A stretch of DNA of 64,000 nucleotides from the NCBI GenBank assembly GCA_963815195.1, contig CAWFGE010000021.1, forward strand, positions 96,001 to 160,000. The letters run 5' to 3'. The number at the start of each line of letters is the position of its first letter. The stretch's first letter is position 1. Shown here in pieces: positions 42,072 through 51,271 of this stretch. A model generated the notes under the pieces. The model made no database searches. It saw nothing but the letters and a program-made list of their open reading frames with translations, and was not told the DNA's origin. The stretch is from an uncultured Planctomycetaceae bacterium. Its GTDB lineage: Bacteria > Planctomycetota > Planctomycetia > Planctomycetales > Planctomycetaceae. The position numbers and the translations under genes are program-made.

Positions 42072-43497
42072 TCAGCGTTTTGAACTCGCCACGCGTGGGA
42101 TGGGGACGATTTCCGGCGGTTGGCTTCCCGGCACCCTTTGGAGATCGCGGAGCCAAACTTCGGCGCTTTTCATGCCGGGGTCGAGCTCCAGAGCTTTTTG
42201 GAAATGCGACCGGCTTTCCTCCAAGGCGTTTTCGTAGATGATCACGCCCAGGTTGTAATGCGCCGCCGCCTCGCCGCCGGCCATCCGCAATTCGGAAAAG
42301 GACGCGTCGAGCTGCCCCGATCGGCCGAGCGCCACTCCCAGATGAAACCGGCGCTTCGCGTCCGTCCCGTTCAGTTCGACGGCCTGTTTCAGCACCTGGG
42401 CGGATTTCGTCCATTCCCCGCGCCTCCGAATACGTCTCGGACAGCGCGTCGAGGAACTCCGGATCACCCAAGTCCTGCGTCAAGGCTTTGGCTCTCCCCG
42501 CGGGTCTTGTTGCGAGTGGCCGGATGTGAAAGGCCGGCTCCAACCGATCGCAGGATTGCCAGTCGGACCGGCTTCCGGACAAGGGCGCGATCGCCGCGGA
42601 TTTCTCCGAGGGATCGGTTTGCGGAAGCGGTTTCGCCTTCGGCGCGATCGCCGGATCGTTGGGGATCTCGAGCGGCGTTTGAGCCGCGGCGGGTTGGCCG
42701 GAAATTTGCCGTGGTGACGCTGCATCGCTCGACGTGGAAGGATCGCGATAGATGACCTTGCAATCCGGGTGTTGTTTCTTGAAGGCTGCGACGGCCGCGG
42801 GCGTGACGGCTGTTTCGAGCAGGCTCACCCCGCGCAGCGAGCCGGACTCCCCCAGCACGATCAGACTTTCATCCGTCGCCTGGGTGCCGTTGATGACGAG
42901 GTATTTGAGGCCGGGCATCGAAGCCAGCGACTTGATCGCCGCGTCCCCGACCGGCGCGTACGAAATGTTGAGAAACTCCAATTGCTGCATCGAAGTCAAA
43001 CGGCGAACGCCCTGATCGCTGATGCGGGATCGAGAGAGATCGAGCTGCTTCACGCCGGGAATCTGAACGAGCCAAGCGAGCAATTCGTCGTCGGCTTTGA
43101 CGAGCGCCAAATCGACGGCGAGCGCATTGCCTTCGATCTCCCGAGTGATGCGGGCTCCCGCGTCCTTCAACTTGTGGATGGCCAGTTCTTCGGCCGGCGA
43201 GTCCACAGCTTCGCCCGGCGATGGCGCTTTGGGCAAAGTCAGGTCTTGGGGATAGGGGGCGGCGTTCGGATCCTCGCCTGCCGGGGCTTTCGATTTGTCC
43301 GGCTGTGTGGAACCGAGACGCGAATGTTTGGCGATCGAATCGCCCGACGCTTGGGAGCCCGCGGGCTGTTCCACGGATGCTCCAATCATATTCGGCGGCG
43401 GCGGGGCTTGATTGACTTGAGACGAAGGACATCCGGTCAAAATCATCAGAACCGGAACGATCCCCAACACCCGCACCTTATTCACTGAAGCTTTCAT
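42072..43497 (-). CDS. Lipoprotein with leucine-rich repeats and C-terminal TPRs (frameshift near 42425)
   Basis: Lipobox ILTGC. LRRs VKQLDLSRSRISDQGV, LEFLNISYAPVGD and LKYLVINGTQATD. TPRs FHLGVALGRSG and AHYNLGVI lie in the frame of ORF 42072-42467. Confidence 0.8.
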
Positions 43498-43799
43498 CCT
43501 GATTCCTTCTGGGACACTGACAAGTCGCATTGGCGAAATCACCAATACAATCGTCACTCCCGTGTTTTTGGATCCAATTCGTACATCCCGATTTGCCCCC
43601 AATTCACGCGGGCGCGCCTCTTGTAACAGTGCTGGCAGTCGGGGAAATTGGGCGGTTTGGGAGGCTGCGCGAGCCTGGTCCGCCGGCGGTCTTGTGCCGT
43701 TTTTCCCAGATTTCGGGAACAGGCCCGGATGTGGGTGAATTTCTGATCCTATATTTTCACAGATTGTCTCTGCTCCCCCTCAACTCAAGCGGATGCGCC

Positions 43800-45538
43800 A
43801 TGTCGATTTGGAATCGAGATTCAAAATCTCCCTCTGCAGGCATTTCCTGGACCTCTCCTGGTTTGGGCGTTTTGGTTTTGCTTCTGGCACCGGTTTTCGC
43901 CTTGGCCGGCGGTCGCCCGGAGATTGCATTGAAGGCGGAAATCGAGCCAAACCCGCAGGCCGGCGATTTGCTTCCTATTCCCGAAGGAGACTATCCGCCT
44001 CCGACACACGACGGCTGGTTTGCCATTCGTCACGGCAATGAAGCGGGCGTGTTTTCCATCGATGAACGCACCGGCGCCATCCGGTTCGCCCATCCGGAGC
44101 GCTGGGACGCCCAAGCCCGGGGCCCGATCGATTTGCTCATCGAACACGGCAGGCCCGACGAGGCCCAACGGCCAAAATACGCCAAGGAACGGCGGTTTTT
44201 GTTGGGGGCCGGGTTGACCGAACAGGAAATCTGCCGGGAACTGGGTTTGGTGACCCGCTATTCGATTCAGGTCGCACCAATTCCTCCAACGGAAGCTCCT
44301 CAGGAACCCGCCATCGCCGCCACCCGGCCGAAGCCCGCAAAGAGTTTCCCTTTCCTGCCGACGCGGAGGCAAATGGAGCAAGCCGCGAATGCGTCGACCG
44401 ATCGGCTTCAAGACGTTTTCGCAACGGTCGGCTCCTGGAAACCGGAACCCCAACCGCCGATCCAAATCCTGGCCGAAACGAAGCCGGACTCGTCGACCCA
44501 GCCCGCACCGCCCACTTCCATCCCGGCCGCGAAACCTTCCGCCGCTATTCCGCCGCCACCGGCCGTGAAAACCTCTCCCAACGCGACCACGCCGCAACGG
44601 GCGAAGCACGCGGAATCGGCCCATTCGACCGCGCACGGACCGTGGCTGTTTTATGCCTTCATGATCGTCGCCATTCAATTGTTTTATTTGTTTTACTTTA
44701 ACGACAAGACCCGCCGGGAGCTGCAGGTTCAAAATGCGGTCATGCAGCGGGAAAACCAGGATCTCAAGGCGGAATTGCAGAAACTCCATCGCCGGGAACC
44801 GACCCCAAACGCAGCAAAAGCCGCGTCGGCCGCCGAGCCATCCGATTCCGGAACGGTTCCAAACCCGCAGCCTACAACACCCGCGGAGTGGTCCGTGTCG
44901 GCGATGCCTCCCGGCGAATCTCCTGCATCCCGGCTGGAAAATCGGCACCTGCGGCAGGAAAGCCACGAGGCCCGGCATCCCGCGTCTCCGATCACTCGCG
45001 ACGACCACGTGCAGAAAATCGGCGATGCGCCCCGGCATCCTCCGCTTCCGCTCCAAAAGAGCATGTGCACGAACTCCTCGAGAATCTCTCAGAGCAGTTT
45101 GGCGTCGAGGCGCCCTCCACAATGGAACCCGAGCATTCGAGCATTCCGCACGAAGTCATCCGCGAAGCGGAGCCCGCGCAGCCCGACACCGGCGGGAACG
45201 GTTCAATCTCCGACTACATGGACTATTTGCTGAAAACCTACTCGACAAAGCCGGGACCGAAAGGCCCTCCGGAAGACGCGTTCCCGAGTTCGCAATCCAA
45301 TCGGGCGGGGCAAGGCTCCGTTCGCCATCCGAGCCGCACATCCGAGCCCGTTGCCGCGTACGATCTGGATGACACGCGGTCGCAGATCGAAGCGCTCAGG
45401 GAAACGTCGAACCTCAACGTGGCGAGCGCCCTCCGCAAAGCCTCGTCCCGCCGCCGACGCAAACGCTTGGGCTTGTGGATTAAATTCAGCGTCCTGTTAG
45501 CCGGAGTTTACGCCGCGGTGGTATTTCTGTTGGGATAA
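43800..45538 (+). CDS. Hypothetical membrane protein with cadherin-like N-terminal domain, Pro-rich linker, TM, coiled coil and C-terminal TM (probable frameshift at ~44900-45060)
   Basis: Signal-like segment, FAIRHGNEAGVFSIDERTGAI, TM WLFYAFMIVAIQLFYLFYF. ORF 44888-45538 supplies SISDYMDYLL and a terminal TM. Confidence 0.6.
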
Positions 45539-45622
45539 AAGGGCGTTCCGACTCGCCGGACAAAGTCGTCGCCTCCCCTTTGATCCTTTGCGGCCTATGT
45601 GGCCTTTGCCCCTTTTGGAAAA

Positions 45623-47509
45623 TCACAACTGCCCGCGATACCGCACAAAGCCTTCGAGGGCATAATACTCCGGCAGGCCGAGTTCGTTGTAGATGCGGGC
45701 GGTGCGTTTCGTGCGGTGCTCGGCGCGTTCCCAAAACTCGCGCTCATCGTGGCCGGGATAGCGGGCCCGGTCTTTCTGCGATTCGTGCTTGAAGATCGCG
45801 TGCTTTTTCTGCGTGGTCACTTCGGGACTCAAAGGCACGGCCCGCTCGATTTCGTCCGGTTCATATTCCTGCCAGGCCCCGCGGTACAGCCAAACTTCCG
45901 GTTCCAAACCGTCGGCTCGGGTGAGCTCGAGCGCCGGAAAATCGCCTCCGCACACAACCGGTGCGTGCCGTGCGGATCGGTGAGATCGCCCGCGACATAC
46001 ACCTGATGAGGATGTAACTCGCGAAGCACGGCCGCCACGATCCTCACGTCTTCTTCGCCGATGGGTTTCTTCGTGATGTCGCCGGTGTGGTAGAACGGCA
46101 AGTCGAGGAAGTGGCATTTCTCGGCGGGAACACCCGCGGTCTGGGCGGCGGCGACGGCTTCGGTCTTGCGGATCAGCGATTTCACGTCCAGCACGTTTTG
46201 CGTATCCGGATCGCCCGGCCCCTTCCGCCCGATGTCCTGCCGGAGCTGCCCGTAAAACGCTCGCCCCTTTTCCGAATCCAACCCGAACGTCTGCTGCAGA
46301 CTCTTCGACATAATTGATGTGCCGGAGCGCATCGTGATCGAACACGGCGATGTTCCCGCTGGTCATGTAGGCGATGTGCACGTCGTGCTGCTGTTTGGCA
46401 AGCGTGATCAATGTGCCGCCCATCGAGATCACATCATCGTCGGGATGCGGGCTGAACACCAGGACCCGCCCGGGTTCGTCGCCGCCGGGCTTTTCGCAGA
46501 TCCCGGAAAGCAAATCCTGAAACACGCGCTGGCGGAGGACTTCGACTGGGCCGCGTTCCCGCACGAGTTGATGGAGATGATTCAAATGAAAGTCGCGGGC
46601 TTCGAGCTTCAACAGGGCTTTGCCGGTCCGCTGGGCGAGCCAGATCACGGCTTGCTTTTCGGTTCGGTCATTCCAGCGGATTTCAGAAATCAGCCAGGGC
46701 GTGGCGATGGCCGTGAGCTTCGCCGCCGCCGCCCGATCGACCGCGATGATTGCGTTCTTGTGCGACTGCAAAAAGCTCGCGGGCACGCTCGCCGTCATGT
46801 CCTCCTCGACGGCCCGGCGGACGGTGTCGGCTTTGTGCTCGCCCAAGGCCATCACGATAATTTTGCGGGCGGCCAGGATCGTCCCCAGGCCCATGGTGAG
46901 CGCCTGCATGGGGACGTTCTCTTCGCCGAAAAAATCGCCCGCCGCATCCTGGCGGGTCACGGGATCGAGCGTGACCAGCCGCGTGCGGGTGTTCCGGCCG
47001 GAGCCGGGCTCGTTAAAGCCGATGTGCCCGTTTCGCCCGAGGCCCAACAGCATCAAATCGATCCCGCCGACGCGCTCGATCTCGCGCTCGTATTCTTCGC
47101 AGAAGTCTTCGAGTTCCTCGGCGGCAAGATCGCCGCGCGGGATGTGAATGTTCTCCGGCGGGATGTTGACGTGATCGAAAAACGTCTCCCGCATGAAGCG
47201 GTGGTAGCTGTGGATGGAATCCGCGGGCATCGGCCAGTATTCGTCCAGGTTGAACGTAATGACCCGCGAGAAATCGAGGCCCTCGTCCCGGTAGAGCCCA
47301 ACGAGCGCCCGGTAAACGCCGGTGGGCGTCGAGCCGGTCGGAAGTCCCAGCACGGTGGGCATGCCGGCGGAGTTGTTTTCGCGGATCAAACTGGCAATCA
47401 CGAGCGCGACGTGCTGCCCGACATCCGCCGAGTCGTGAAACGCCAGCGTGGGGACGGCGGTGTGTTTGAGGATGCGGGGCGAACTGGATTTCACGGCGAA
47501 CTTCGGCAT
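45623..47509 (-). CDS. nagB: Glucosamine-6-phosphate deaminase fused to PIG-L deacetylase-like domain (two compensating frameshifts near 46300 and 45935)
   Basis: VLGLPTGSTP, FNLDEY, LGLGRNGHIGFNEPGS, then SPHPDDDVISMGG, FLDLPFY and DPHGTH (the last two in ORF 45829-46332), YRGAW and HESQ. Confidence 0.92.
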   Translation of the reverse strand: MPKFAVKSSSPRILKHTAVPTLAFHDSADVGQHVALVIASLIRENNSAGMPTVLGLPTGSTPTGVYRALVGLYRDEGLDFSRVITFNLDEYWPMPADSIHSYHRFMRETFFDHVNIPPENIHIPRGDLAAEELEDFCEEYEREIERVGGIDLMLLGLGRNGHIGFNEPGSGRNTRTRLVTLDPVTRQDAAGDFFGEENVPMQALTMGLGTILAARKIIVMALGEHKADTVRRAVEEDMTASVPASFLQSHKNAIIAVDRAAAAKLTAIATPWLISEIRWNDRTEKQAVIWLAQRTGKALLKLEARDFHLNHLHQLVRERGPVEVLRQRVFQDLLSGICEKPGGDEPGRVLVFSPHPDDDVISMGGTLITLAKQQHDVHIAYMTSGNIAVFDHDALRHINYVEESAADVRVGFGKGASVLRAAPAGHRAEGAGRSGYAKRAGREIADPQDRSRRRRPDRGCSRREMPLPRLAVLPHRRHHEETHRRRRREDRGGRASRVTSSSGVCRGRSHRSARHAPVVCGGDFPALELTRADGLEPEVWLYRGAWQEYEPDEIERAVPLSPEVTTQKKHAIFKHESQKDRARYPGHDEREFWERAEHRTKRTARIYNELGLPEYYALEGFVRYRGQL

Positions 47510-47757
47510 GGATCGGGGACTGAAAAATGGGCGAACTCTTCGAGCGCGGGATTTGACGCTTTCATTCTAACGCAAACCGCCGGCCCCGTGCCGCCTGACG
47601 CGGAAGGAGTTTCCTGAAATCGCCTGCTTCGGCCTTGAGATCTTGGTTGACGCCCTTCAATCCGGCTCCGAGATTCGCCATACTTCGTCGGACAAATAAG
47701 CTGACTTCAGCCGATGCCTTCGGAGTCCGGCAAATTCGAGGAATTTGAATCAACACT

Positions 47758-49434
47758 ATGGAACCGGCTCTGACCCTCAGCCTGGGAATTCTGTTCATCG
47801 CCGGTCTGGCCGCCGCCCTCGTGGCGAGCCGGCTGGGAATCCCGCGCGTGACGTTTTACATCGTGATCGGCCTGTTGGTCGGTCCGTCGCTGTTTGACCT
47901 CATCCCCGAACGCCATCTCGAGGAACTCGATCCCGTCCTCAAACTGGCGCTGGCGATGGTGCTTTTGGAGATTGGCAGCCGCTTCACCCTGGATTCGTTC
48001 CGCCGCGTCATTCGAACGGCGCTCCCCTTGGCGCTCGGCGAGTTGGGGTGCACGTTCCTGTTGGTGGTGGCGGGCGTGTGGATCGCGGGCGAAGAGGCCA
48101 AAGCCGCGGTTTTGCTGGGGGCCTTGGCCTTGGCGACGGCCCCGGCGACGACCATCGTCGTCCTGCAGGACTGCGATTCGGAAGGCCCGATCACCTCCTT
48201 GACCTACGTGCTTGTCGCCATGAACAATCTCGCGGCGATCCTCGCTTTCGAGCTATTGTTCGTGCTGGCCTCCTTGTCTACGAATCCCGCCGGCGGTCTG
48301 GCTTTCGAGCTCGGCCGGCTGGCGGTCGATCTCGTGGGATCGACCGCGACCGGTTTGATTGGAGGCCTCGTGGTCAGCGTGCTCGCGGCTCGGCTGAGCG
48401 ATCGCCAGCGATCTCTCGCCGTGTTCGCCGTGACCACGCTCGTCTTGGGAATCTGCGAAGGGTTTCGCATTCCCTACCTGCTGACGTTCTTGACGATGGG
48501 CGTCACGCTGGCGAACACGTCCTCGCTGGCGCGGCCGCTGCTCAAGTCGCTCGACCCGGTGACCGGCCTGTTGTACGTCGTGTTCTTCGTCGCGGCGGGG
48601 GCTGAGCTCAACCTTCGCAGTTTGAAGGCCGCGGGAGTCGTCGGCATCGTGTATATCGTCGCCCGCTGCGCTGGGAAATATCTGGGCATCCGCGGGGCGG
48701 CCCGGATCCGCGGCGAATCCCCGGCGGTCCAGCGTTGGCTGGGACTCACCCTGATCGCCCAGGCCGGGGCCGCCATCGGTCTCGTGCAGATTGTGGTGGA
48801 GCGGGATCGCGAGCTTGGCGCACACCTGCAATCCGTGATCGTCGGCACGGTGATTTTCTTTGAAGTGCTCGGACCGATCCTCGCACGCACCGCCGTCGTC
48901 CGCGCGGGCGAAGTGCCGATCGCCCAACTCGTCCGGCCGGATCGACCGGGTTGGCTCGAGATCGGTTGGAGCGTGCTCGGGCGGATTCGCCAGGCCTTCG
49001 GCGGCGACCCCTGGGCGGGCCGGTCCATCGAGACGCTGACGGTCCGCGATTTGATGCGGCAGAACGTTCCCGCGCTCCGGCCGTCCGATGGCTTCCTCAC
49101 AGTGCTCGACTTCATCGAACACAGCCGCCAGCACGTGTATCCCGTCGTGGGCGAGGCCGGCGAACTCGCCGGCGTGATTTATTATCACGAAATCCGCTCG
49201 GAACTCTTCGATCCCGAACTGGCCGCCCTGGTGCGGGCCGAGGACCTTTGCCGCCCGGCCCGGTGGACGCTGTTTTCCGGCCAATTGCTCGACGAGGCGC
49301 TTGCGGTTGTGGAGAAGACGTCCGACGATGCGATCCCCGTCGTCGCCGGGGAAGACGACCTCACGCTGGTGGGCATCATCGAACGCCGGGACATCGTCCG
49401 CTTCGTCAAACGCCGCCACCTCCCGCCCGGCTGA
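47758..49434 (+). CDS. Cation:proton antiporter with C-terminal CBS pair
   Basis: Multi-TM protein with IPRVTFYIVIGLLVGPS, ATAPATT, FFVAAGAEL and QAGAAIGL. C-terminal TVRDLM, YPVV...LAGVI and IPVV...LVGII. Confidence 0.9.
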   Translation: MEPALTLSLGILFIAGLAAALVASRLGIPRVTFYIVIGLLVGPSLFDLIPERHLEELDPVLKLALAMVLLEIGSRFTLDSFRRVIRTALPLALGELGCTFLLVVAGVWIAGEEAKAAVLLGALALATAPATTIVVLQDCDSEGPITSLTYVLVAMNNLAAILAFELLFVLASLSTNPAGGLAFELGRLAVDLVGSTATGLIGGLVVSVLAARLSDRQRSLAVFAVTTLVLGICEGFRIPYLLTFLTMGVTLANTSSLARPLLKSLDPVTGLLYVVFFVAAGAELNLRSLKAAGVVGIVYIVARCAGKYLGIRGAARIRGESPAVQRWLGLTLIAQAGAAIGLVQIVVERDRELGAHLQSVIVGTVIFFEVLGPILARTAVVRAGEVPIAQLVRPDRPGWLEIGWSVLGRIRQAFGGDPWAGRSIETLTVRDLMRQNVPALRPSDGFLTVLDFIEHSRQHVYPVVGEAGELAGVIYYHEIRSELFDPELAALVRAEDLCRPARWTLFSGQLLDEALAVVEKTSDDAIPVVAGEDDLTLVGIIERRDIVRFVKRRHLPPG

Positions 49435-49534
49435 GCGCGGAACGAAAACCACTTCTTGTGAATCGCAAAAGTCTGGTACAATAAAACTGAGGGACAATTC
49501 GGAAACACCGGGAACGAATAGCGGAGGTTATGCC

Positions 49535-50278
49535 ATGAACAGGTCGCTCAAAAACGCGGACCGGCGAATCCTCAAACAATCGGCCGGGTTCACGCTAATC
49601 GAGGTGTTGGCCGTTTTGGCGGTCATTGCGATTCTGATTGTGCTACTTCTTCCCGCCCGGCGGGATTCGCGAGGGGCGTCCCGCCGGGTGGCGTGCAAGA
49701 ACAACCTCAAGCAGATCGGTATTGCGCTCTACAATTACAGGGAGGATCACGGCACGCTGCCGCCCGCTTATACTATGGATGCCAACGGCAAGCCGCTCCA
49801 CAGTTGGCGAACGCTGATCCTGCCGTACTTGGACGAACAGGCGTTGTACGACCGGATCGATCTCACCAAGCCTTGGAACGATCCGGCCAACGCCGCGGTG
49901 TATCAGGTGAATCTCCCATTCTATCAATGCCCCACGCCCGATCTGCCCGCGAACCACACGACCTATTTGGGCCTGGTGGGGGTGAACTGTTACTTTCATC
50001 CCCATCGCGGCCGGCAGCTTTCCGAACTGAAGGATGGGCCTTCAGAAACCGCCGCCGTCATCGAAGCGGCTCCAAAGCATGCGGTGCATTGGATGGCTCC
50101 CCAGGATGCGGACGGGCGCTATTTATTGGAACTGCCGGAAGAGCCGCCGCTGCCCCATCAGGGCGGAACGCATCTGCTCCTGGCCGACGGCAGCGTGCGC
50201 TACATCAGCCCGGAAGTCTCGCCCGGCAGCCGCTTGGCGCTTTCCACGATTGCCGGGCAGGACAAGGTCTCGGAGTGA
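49535..50278 (+). CDS. DUF1559 family prepilin-like protein (H-X9-DG C-terminus)
   Basis: GFTLIEVLAVLAVIAILIVLLLPA, CKNNLKQIGIALYNY, HSWRTLILPYL and HQGGTHLLLADGSV. GGAGG RBS. Confidence 0.92.
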   Translation: MNRSLKNADRRILKQSAGFTLIEVLAVLAVIAILIVLLLPARRDSRGASRRVACKNNLKQIGIALYNYREDHGTLPPAYTMDANGKPLHSWRTLILPYLDEQALYDRIDLTKPWNDPANAAVYQVNLPFYQCPTPDLPANHTTYLGLVGVNCYFHPHRGRQLSELKDGPSETAAVIEAAPKHAVHWMAPQDADGRYLLELPEEPPLPHQGGTHLLLADGSVRYISPEVSPGSRLALSTIAGQDKVSE

Positions 50279-50292
50279 GCTGCGTTTTCGTT

Positions 50293-50971
50293 TCAGCCCG
50301 GCGAGGTTGTGGGAACGCGGACCGGTGATTCCCGTTTCGGCTTCCTGAACCCGCGGTGCATCGCTTCAAACACAGCGACCGGCACAAGCCAACTGCCCCA
50401 CGCGGCCAGGTAGTACGTCCATTCCTCATCGACTCCGCAGACGAGGAACACTCCGCCCATCAGCCGGGTAACGATCGCCGAGCATAAAAGCACATAGCAT
50501 CGCCACATCCAAACGCGGTGCGTCTGGAACCGCCGCTTGACCGCCGACCTCCAGCCGCAGAAGGCACACAAACCCGTGGCGGCGGCCAACAGGGCGAAGC
50601 CGATCTTCACGCCCGCCCCCGCCTGGGCATAAAACGCCATCCACAATCCGCTGGGAAACACGAGCAGTAAAACGCCCGCAACTTGCAGCTTACCGAGCCG
50701 AACATGCCAGCGGGGAAACCGCGCGAAACCGGTCGCTCAACAAAACCATGCCCACCACCAGCGAAACCGGCCCCGCGAGAAGATGCGGATAAAACGCCCA
50801 GCGGTAACTGCCGAAGAAATACGCCTTCCGCCCCCGCAAAAACTCCGCCGTAAAATCGGGCGGCAGATAGCCGGGATAGTTCTGCACGATGCTGAAGGTG
50901 ACCTTGAGAATCAACAGGCCCACCAGCAGCTTGAAGCCCAACATCAATCGCGGTCTGGAGTGGAACATCAT
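50293..50971 (-). CDS. DUF2306-like membrane protein (frameshift near 50715)
   Basis: ORFs 50690-50971 (AFYPHLLAGP) and 50293-50661 (PSGLWMAFYA, HRVWMWRCY, AIVTRL, WLVP) form one multi-TM protein. Confidence 0.75.
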
Positions 50972-51090
50972 TTCCAGAATTATAATTCGTCAATCCGCTT
51001 GTTAACAGGCGGGCGGTGATTCAGGGCAAGAATGAGTGCGTCTCGCGAAAGCAGGTGGAAAATGACTGGACGTATTTTTCAAGCGGATTT

Positions 51091-51178
51091 GGGTGGCACG
51101 CCCTGAGGGACGATGGGCGTGGTCCTTGCGATGGCCACGCCCTTCGCTGAGGCGCTGAGGCTCAGGGACGTGCCACCC
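51091..51178. repeat. GGGTGGCACG-type REP-like palindromic element
   Basis: Terminal inverted repeat GGGTGGCACG/CGTGCCACCC. Matches 31224-31295 in reverse, plus an 8-bp internal duplication. Confidence 0.85.
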
Positions 51179-51271
51179 AAATTTACCCATTACCTGCTTT
51201 CGCGATACGCACACGGCAAGAGTTGCATAAATAGGGACGGCTTCAGGAACCGCTCCGGCGGTCTGGGCATG

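Noticed and set aside
49535..50278. DUF1559 protein as part of the Tad pilus
   Set aside because: It lies about 27 kb away, has a type IVa-like GFTLIE motif, and belongs to a family widely expanded in planctomycetes.
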